NCBI GenBank assembly: GCA_951812955.1
Contig: OX638340.1
Span: 1,024,001 to 1,088,000 of the forward strand
Reading direction: 5' to 3'
Source of the DNA: an uncultured Gemmatimonadota bacterium
Lineage (GTDB): Bacteria; JAAXHH01
DNA length: 64,000 nucleotides
Shown piece after piece: positions 58,901-64,000 of the stretch. Below the pieces are notes generated by a model. It made no database searches and had not been told where the DNA came from. It worked only from the letters and a program-made list of their open reading frames with translations. Made by a program: the position numbers and the translations under genes. Numbering within the stretch: position 1 is the stretch's first letter; every line of letters starts with the position of its first letter.

Positions 58901-60427
58901 ATGACAGCCGACAATCCAATTGAACGGATGGAAGCGCGAATCCGGGAGGCTGGCGACCTTGCCGCCGCATTCGCCCGCGACCCGCACCGCCCCGCCTACC
59001 ACTTCACGCCACCAGCGGCGTGGATGAACGATATCAACGGAGCCCTGTTCTGGAAGGGGAGGTACCACATCTTCTACCAGTATAATCCGCACGGCGCGTA
59101 CTGGCATCTCATCCAGTGGGGCCATGCCTCCAGCGCCGATCTCGTGCACTGGGTCCACCATCCGGTGGCGTTGACCCCGGATGCGGATGGACCGGACCGG
59201 AAGGGCTGCTACAGCGGGGGCGCACTGGTCAGCCGTGAAGGTGTTCCGGTCCTGATCTACTATGGCAACCCCGATGGCCTCTGCATTGCCCGCAGCAACG
59301 ACGACCTGCTGATCGAGTGGACGAAAGACCCGGACAATCCAGTCATTCCCCAACCCGCCGAAGGGAGTGCCGACTTCGGCCGTTACACCATCCACGACCC
59401 CTGCGGGTGGCTGGCAGACGACCAGTATTACGCCGCCGTCAACAAGAGCGACCCGCAAGACCAGGGGGACGCGGCATACCTTTTCAAGTCACCTGACCTG
59501 CGCACATGGGAGTACGTGGATTTGTTCTATCGGTCGCGGCGGGAGTGGACCGAAGGGGGCGAAGACTGCGCCGTGCCGGATTTCTTCCCGCTCGGTGACC
59601 GTCACATGCTGCTCTTCTGCAGCCATCTGCAGGGAAGCCAGTATTACATCGGCCAGGTCCGGGACGAACGGTTTTATCCCGAGATACACGGGCGCATGAG
59701 CTGGGAGGGGGGTCATCTCGGCGGACCGCGGACCCTGCTCGACGCAACCGGCAGGCGCATCTTCTTCGACTGGGTCCGCGAACTGCGCGGAAACGAGCGT
59801 GAGCGCGCCTCGGGATGGTCAGGCGTAATGACTGTTCCACGGATGTTGTCGCTGGATTCTGGCGGCCGGCTGCAAATCGATCCAGTCCCGGAGCTGGAAG
59901 TGTTGCGGATGGATGCCCACCGGCTTGAATCCATGGACGTGGCCGCCGATTCCGAAACGGCGGTCGAGGGAATCGGCGGCGACTGCCTGGAATTGGCCGT
60001 TGAGATTGATCCGTTGAAAGCGCGGGAAGTAGGGCTGAAAGTGCGGCGCTCCCCTGGGGGCGAGGAGGAAACCGCGGTCTCATTTAACTCAGATGCCGCC
60101 GTGCTTCGGGTCGAAGTCGGCCGGTCGTCGCTCGACCGCGAAATACGTTACACGCGATACCGCCGACACCAGCCGCATCTTTCGGAGCGCGAGCGGTATG
60201 TCACCGCCCAGGAAGGGCCGTTCGAGTTGGCGCCGGGTGAACCACTGACGCTGCGCATCTTCCTCGACCGTTCGATCCTCGAGGTCTTTGCCAACCGAAG
60301 GCAATGCATTACTCAGCGCATCTATCCGACGCGGGCCGACAGCACAGGCATCAGCCTGTTTGCACGCGGTGGCGCGGCCAGATTAAGGTCACTGCAGGCC
60401 TGGACCCTCGCCCCGATACACATATGA
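58901..60427 (+). CDS. glycoside hydrolase family 32 (beta-fructofuranosidase/levanase-like)
   Basis: 508 aa; WMNDINGALFWKGRYHIFYQYNP (WMNDPNG block), RDP, EC motifs. Confidence 0.85.
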   Translation: MTADNPIERMEARIREAGDLAAAFARDPHRPAYHFTPPAAWMNDINGALFWKGRYHIFYQYNPHGAYWHLIQWGHASSADLVHWVHHPVALTPDADGPDRKGCYSGGALVSREGVPVLIYYGNPDGLCIARSNDDLLIEWTKDPDNPVIPQPAEGSADFGRYTIHDPCGWLADDQYYAAVNKSDPQDQGDAAYLFKSPDLRTWEYVDLFYRSRREWTEGGEDCAVPDFFPLGDRHMLLFCSHLQGSQYYIGQVRDERFYPEIHGRMSWEGGHLGGPRTLLDATGRRIFFDWVRELRGNERERASGWSGVMTVPRMLSLDSGGRLQIDPVPELEVLRMDAHRLESMDVAADSETAVEGIGGDCLELAVEIDPLKAREVGLKVRRSPGGEEETAVSFNSDAAVLRVEVGRSSLDREIRYTRYRRHQPHLSERERYVTAQEGPFELAPGEPLTLRIFLDRSILEVFANRRQCITQRIYPTRADSTGISLFARGGAARLRSLQAWTLAPIHI

Positions 60428-60614
60428 CCTCTGCCGCCCCCAGCACACCCAGGCACCGCCCACAGGGCATGAAATCTCAATTGACAAAAACTCCTGCGAA
60501 CGACTACTTGTTCAGGCTTAAATCCACTTGTTTATTGACCCTTTGGGCGTGTCGAAACCCGTCGGCCCACTGGACGTGTAGTTTGGCACCGGATCCTCGT
60601 TCAAGGAAACACCT

Positions 60615-61385
60615 ATGTCCATATCGGATGCATTCAGACTGGATGGCAGAACCGCTCTCGTAACCGGCTGTCGCAGAGGGATCGGAAGGGGACTTGCAGA
60701 GGGGCTGGCCGAAGCCGGCGCGGATATCGTGGGCGTGAGCGCGTCGATGGAGCCGTCCGGAAGCGAAATAGAAGGAGCGGTCACGGCCCTTGGCCGGAAG
60801 TTTACCGGGTATAGCGCGGACCTCAACGACCGGGACGCGCTGTATGATTTCATTCGCAAGGTCAAGCGCGATTTTCCGGCCATCGACATCCTCGTCAACA
60901 ACGCCGGCCTCACGCTGAGGGCGCCGGCCGCGGAGCATTCCGACGAGTACTGGGACACGGTCATGAATGTGAACCTGCATGCGCCGTTCATTCTCAGCCG
61001 GGAAATCGGCCGGGACATGGTAGCCCGCGGCAAAGGCAAGATCGTGTTTACCGCTTCCGTGCTTTCCTTCCAGGGCGGCATCACCGTGCCCAGTTACGCG
61101 GCCTCCAAGGGGGCGATCGGCCAACTGGCCATGGCATTGTCCAACGAATGGGCCTCGAAGGGTGTCAACGTCAACGCCATCGCGCCCGGTTATATCGCAA
61201 CGGACCTCACGTCGGCCCTGCAGACCGACCCGGAGCGGTCCCGGTCCATTTCCGAACGGATCCCTGCGGGCCGCTGGGGCACGCCGGAAGACCTGAAGGG
61301 CGCCGTGGTATACCTGTGCTCGGACGCGTCCAACTACGTCAATGGGACGATCCTGACTGTAGACGGCGGCTGGATGGGCCGCTGA
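60615..61385 (+). CDS. SDR-family oxidoreductase (2-deoxy-D-gluconate 3-dehydrogenase KduD-like)
   Basis: 256 aa; TGCRRGIGRG, NNAG, YxxxK (YAASKGA); AAGGAAA RBS. Confidence 0.85.
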   Translation: MSISDAFRLDGRTALVTGCRRGIGRGLAEGLAEAGADIVGVSASMEPSGSEIEGAVTALGRKFTGYSADLNDRDALYDFIRKVKRDFPAIDILVNNAGLTLRAPAAEHSDEYWDTVMNVNLHAPFILSREIGRDMVARGKGKIVFTASVLSFQGGITVPSYAASKGAIGQLAMALSNEWASKGVNVNAIAPGYIATDLTSALQTDPERSRSISERIPAGRWGTPEDLKGAVVYLCSDASNYVNGTILTVDGGWMGR

Positions 61386-61506
61386 CCTCCCGTCAAAGCC
61401 GATGAATCGGCCGGCGTTTATGATGCCCGCCGGGTCGACGCCCCGGATGCTTCGAAACTACGCCACGTCCAACGACGACAGGACGACAGAAGGACGATAG
61501 GTTCAG

Positions 61507-62337
61507 ATGGGCCAATGCGTATTCTGTAACCAGCCAGCCGGATTTCTCAGGAAACAGCACAGCGCGTGCAGGGATCGCCACGAATCCGGCAAAAGAGAAA
61601 TCGTCGCGCTGGTCAGCGAAATCGGCACACCGGAACGTGATCTGGCCCGGCTGGAGACGCAGGTCGGAGAAATCGCCGCGGGGTGTTTCGTGGACAACTT
61701 CATGCTGCGCGATCTCGTGGTCAGAGGTTGGGAAAGCGCCGTGGATGTCGCCTTCGAAGACCACGTGATATCGGAGGAAGAAGAACGGCTGCTCGCGGAG
61801 TTGAAGCGCCACTTCGGGCTCTCCGACGAGGTGGTGGACCGGAATGGCGCCCTGAGCAGAATGAGGAAAGGAAAGGTAATCCGGGAACTGCTGGAGGGCA
61901 ACTTCCCGGACCAGTTCGCCACCTCTGGTCCCCTGCCCTTCAATCTGCAAAAGACGGAACAACTCGCCTGGGTGTTCGAGGGCGTCAAATACCACGAGCA
62001 CAAGAAACGCACCGAATATGTCGGCGGTTCCAGCGGGGTGAGCTTCCGCGTCGCGAAAGGCGTCTATTACCGTACGGGAGCGTTCAAGGGGCGCCGGGTC
62101 GAGACCATGGAGCAGGTCCACGTGGATTCCGGCCTCCTCGGCATGACCAGCAAGCATCTCTACTTCGTCGGCGAGCATAAGCGATTCAGGATCCGGTTCG
62201 ACAAGATCATCTCGTTCGAACCGCTGGAAGACGGGATCAGCGTGCAGCGTGACGCCATGACCGCGACGCCGCAGACTTTCATAACCGGTGATGGCTGGTT
62301 TACGTACAACCTCGTCGCGAACCTGGCGCAGATGTAA
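61507..62337 (+). CDS. hypothetical protein with N-terminal CxxC...C...H cluster
   Basis: 276 aa; MGQCVFCNQPAGFLRKQHSACRDRH; no family recognised. Confidence 0.4.
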   Translation: MGQCVFCNQPAGFLRKQHSACRDRHESGKREIVALVSEIGTPERDLARLETQVGEIAAGCFVDNFMLRDLVVRGWESAVDVAFEDHVISEEEERLLAELKRHFGLSDEVVDRNGALSRMRKGKVIRELLEGNFPDQFATSGPLPFNLQKTEQLAWVFEGVKYHEHKKRTEYVGGSSGVSFRVAKGVYYRTGAFKGRRVETMEQVHVDSGLLGMTSKHLYFVGEHKRFRIRFDKIISFEPLEDGISVQRDAMTATPQTFITGDGWFTYNLVANLAQM

Positions 62338-62369
62338 CCTGCGCCGGCAAATTTCTGAGAAGACCGTTT

Positions 62370-63218
62370 ATGGCGTCGCCTTACGCACATCTGTTGACCG
62401 ATAACGAAAAGTGGCATTTCGACCTTCAGGGATACCTTCACCTGCGCGGCGTGATCGCGCCGGAGCGCCTGGGCCGTATCCTGGAGGTGGTCGATCACTG
62501 GCTGTCCGCCGACGAATACGAGATCCCCGCGCCGGTTTTAAGGCATCGACAGGAGCCCTACAAGACACACCTGGACCACATCCAGTACGGGCACAGGCTG
62601 TTCCAGGAACTGAACGCCGATCCGGAGATCATCCGCGTGGTCGCGGGACTGACCATGGGCATGCCACGGCTGTTTCACTGCAACTTCACGAAAATGGACC
62701 GCGCCGCGCCGGGCGACGCGGACGTTCAGGCCTATCACAGGGATGACAGCGGCTTCAAGTTCCCCCCGGGCTTCAGGAATCCCCACAACGATTACCAGGC
62801 GGCGGGCGGGGAGATCTACTGCAGCCACCTGGCCACGTGGATCGCGCTGGCGGATGTACCGGCGGGCACCGGGTTCAGCCTGGTGCCGGGCAGCCACAAG
62901 TCGGCCTTCGGCACGCCGGACGCACTGAAAGTCGGCGACTATCTGCCCGTATCGATCACCGTGCCCATGGACGCGGGCGACGTCCTCATTTTCTCGACCC
63001 ACTTGTTGCACGATGCCGCGGCCTGGACCCAGGACTATCCCAGGATGAACATCTTCCAGCGCTATCAGTTCAGCGCCTATTTCAACGAAAGCGGCAAAGG
63101 CGGACTGCCCATCGACGAATACCGGGATCAGATCACCGAAGAGGAGTACGAACTGGAATCGCTCAGCAAAGACGAAAAGGCCGCCGTAACCCGGATGCGG
63201 CGTCACTTCGGACTGTAG
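62370..63218 (+). CDS. phytanoyl-CoA dioxygenase (PhyH) family protein (third paralog in window)
   Basis: 282 aa; YHRDDSGF... HxD, distal LLHDAA His. Confidence 0.7.
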   Translation: MASPYAHLLTDNEKWHFDLQGYLHLRGVIAPERLGRILEVVDHWLSADEYEIPAPVLRHRQEPYKTHLDHIQYGHRLFQELNADPEIIRVVAGLTMGMPRLFHCNFTKMDRAAPGDADVQAYHRDDSGFKFPPGFRNPHNDYQAAGGEIYCSHLATWIALADVPAGTGFSLVPGSHKSAFGTPDALKVGDYLPVSITVPMDAGDVLIFSTHLLHDAAAWTQDYPRMNIFQRYQFSAYFNESGKGGLPIDEYRDQITEEEYELESLSKDEKAAVTRMRRHFGL

Positions 63219-63238
63219 TCAACCCACAGGAGACGGCC

Positions 63239-63802
63239 ATGGCGTGGATACGCACCATTGACGAATCGGAAGCGGAAGGTCAACTGGAAAGAATATACCA
63301 AGGATCGATGCGATCCTGGGGAGGCGTGGACAACATCATCAAGGTCCACAGCCTGAACGTGCAGGCGCTGAGAGCGCTTATGACCTTCTACAAGGGCCTC
63401 ATGCACGGGGACTGCGACCTCACGCTGGGGCAGCGGGAGATGATCGCGACGACCGTCTCGGTTCTGAACGAGTGCGAGTACTGAATCCGCCATCATGGGG
63501 AGGGGCTCCTCAGAGAGATCGACGACAGGGAACTGGTGGATGCGATCAAGAGAGACTACCGCGAAGCGAACCTGGACGACGGCGACCGCGCCATGCTGGA
63601 CTACGTCCGGAAACTCACCCTGGCGCCCGCTTCCACTTCCGAATCGGATATCGAGCAGTTGAGGCAGGCGGGTTTCGGAGACAAGGCGATCCTGGAGATC
63701 AACCAGATCACGGGTTTCTTCGCCTGGTGCAACCGGACGGTGGACGGCCTGGGCGTGGAACTTGAGGCATTCTGGGACGAACCGAACGCGACGAATGTTT
63801 GA
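63239..63802 (+). CDS. AhpD-like/carboxymuconolactone-decarboxylase-family peroxidase-related protein with in-frame UGA (candidate selenocysteine) in the CxxC motif
   Basis: Two same-frame ORFs (63239-63484, 63536-63802) separated only by TGA 63482-63484; read-through gives ...VLNECEY-U-IRHHGEG... i.e. C-x-x-U-x-x-H-H at the AhpD CxxC...H position. Confidence 0.55.
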
Positions 63803-63812
63803 CGGATGTGTA

Positions 63813-63842
63813 GCTGCGTGGAAACCTGGAAAGTCACGCAGC
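63813..63842 (+). terminator. GC-rich hairpin (GCTGCGTG-N14-CACGCAGC) followed by T-run, possible terminator
   Basis: 8-bp perfect inverted repeat 11 nt after the AhpD-like stop; ATCGATTTT 7 nt downstream. Confidence 0.3.
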
Positions 63843-63883
63843 CGCAATCGATTTTGAATGTAGATCAGCGATTTCGGGGAATA

Positions 63884-64000
63884 ATGAGTACTTTCGAAGT
63901 CATACCGACCGGACGCGCGCTAGGCGCGGAAGTTATAGGCTTGGATCTGCGCCGCGAATTGGACGAGTATACCGTTGGCAGGCTTCGTGCGGCATTCCTC
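63884..64000 (+). CDS. TauD/TfdA-family 2-oxoglutarate dioxygenase (5' fragment, runs off window)
   Basis: MSTFEVIPTGRALGAEVIGLDLRRELDEYTVGRLRAAFL typical TauD N-terminus. Confidence 0.45.
   Translation, partial: MSTFEVIPTGRALGAEVIGLDLRRELDEYTVGRLRAAFL

Noticed and set aside
63482-63484. TGA as a simple pseudogenising stop or sequencing error in the AhpD-like gene
   Set aside because: Not excluded, but position exactly at the CxxC second cysteine of a family with known Sec-containing members, and intact downstream frame, favour Sec; kept as a finding with moderate confidence.
1-64000. tRNA/rRNA/IS elements
   Set aside because: No cloverleaf-like or rRNA-like segments, inverted terminal repeats or transposase ORFs were recognised by eye; tRNA cannot be strictly excluded without tRNAscan.

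Overview
This is a 64-kb, GC-rich (about 62% GC) bacterial chromosomal window with about 50 protein-coding genes on both strands and mostly short intergenic gaps. By eye I found no rRNA, tRNA, CRISPR array, integrase or transposase; tRNAs cannot be excluded without a scan.

Content by region:
- 0-12.8 kb: sugar-phosphate isomerase, biotin ECF S-component BioY, family-5 ABC solute-binding protein, two tandem phytanoyl-CoA-dioxygenase (PhyH) paralogs, a secreted M14 carboxypeptidase, an Ldh_2-family dehydrogenase, a small outer-membrane protein (OMP), and a SulP-STAS-cNMP transporter.
- 12.9-27.4 kb: a catabolic block with no transcription factor. It holds a Tat-signal RraA/HMG-aldolase-like protein, a LarA-like racemase, Gfo/Idh/MocA oxidoreductases, a Zn-ADH, a transglutaminase-like protein, an epimerase, a DapA-like aldolase, an enolase-superfamily enzyme and hydantoinase A/B. 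Several of its transcription units are preceded by their own unrelated short tandem direct repeats.
- 27.5-40.2 kb: an FAD oxidoreductase and a Rieske non-heme-iron oxygenase lie next to a minus-strand operon. The operon encodes an outer-membrane factor (OMF), a periplasmic adaptor (MFP), an RND pump, a GPP34-domain-fused cytochrome P450 and a sterol-24-C-methyltransferase-like enzyme. This is a sterol- or triterpenoid-like lipid modification and export locus, rare in bacteria.
- 40.4-51 kb: fused EcfA1A2 plus EcfT energizing module, a Gfo/enolase pair, an FAD oxidoreductase, proS, apaG, citrate synthase and an OMP.
- 51.1-56.9 kb: a lower-GC island (visibly AT-richer, perhaps 45% GC in the second gene). 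It carries a frameshifted Type IIG-like N6-adenine methyltransferase and a 900-aa DUF4062 + P-loop STAND-like NTPase. This is the best candidate for an undescribed defense module.
- 56.9-64 kb: a prenyltransferase-repeat protein, a cupin, GH32, an SDR, a hypothetical protein, a third PhyH, a TauD fragment, and an AhpD/CMD-family gene interrupted by an in-frame UGA at the CxxC position, a candidate selenoprotein.

All calls rest on reading the ORF translations and the DNA directly. No database search was run.
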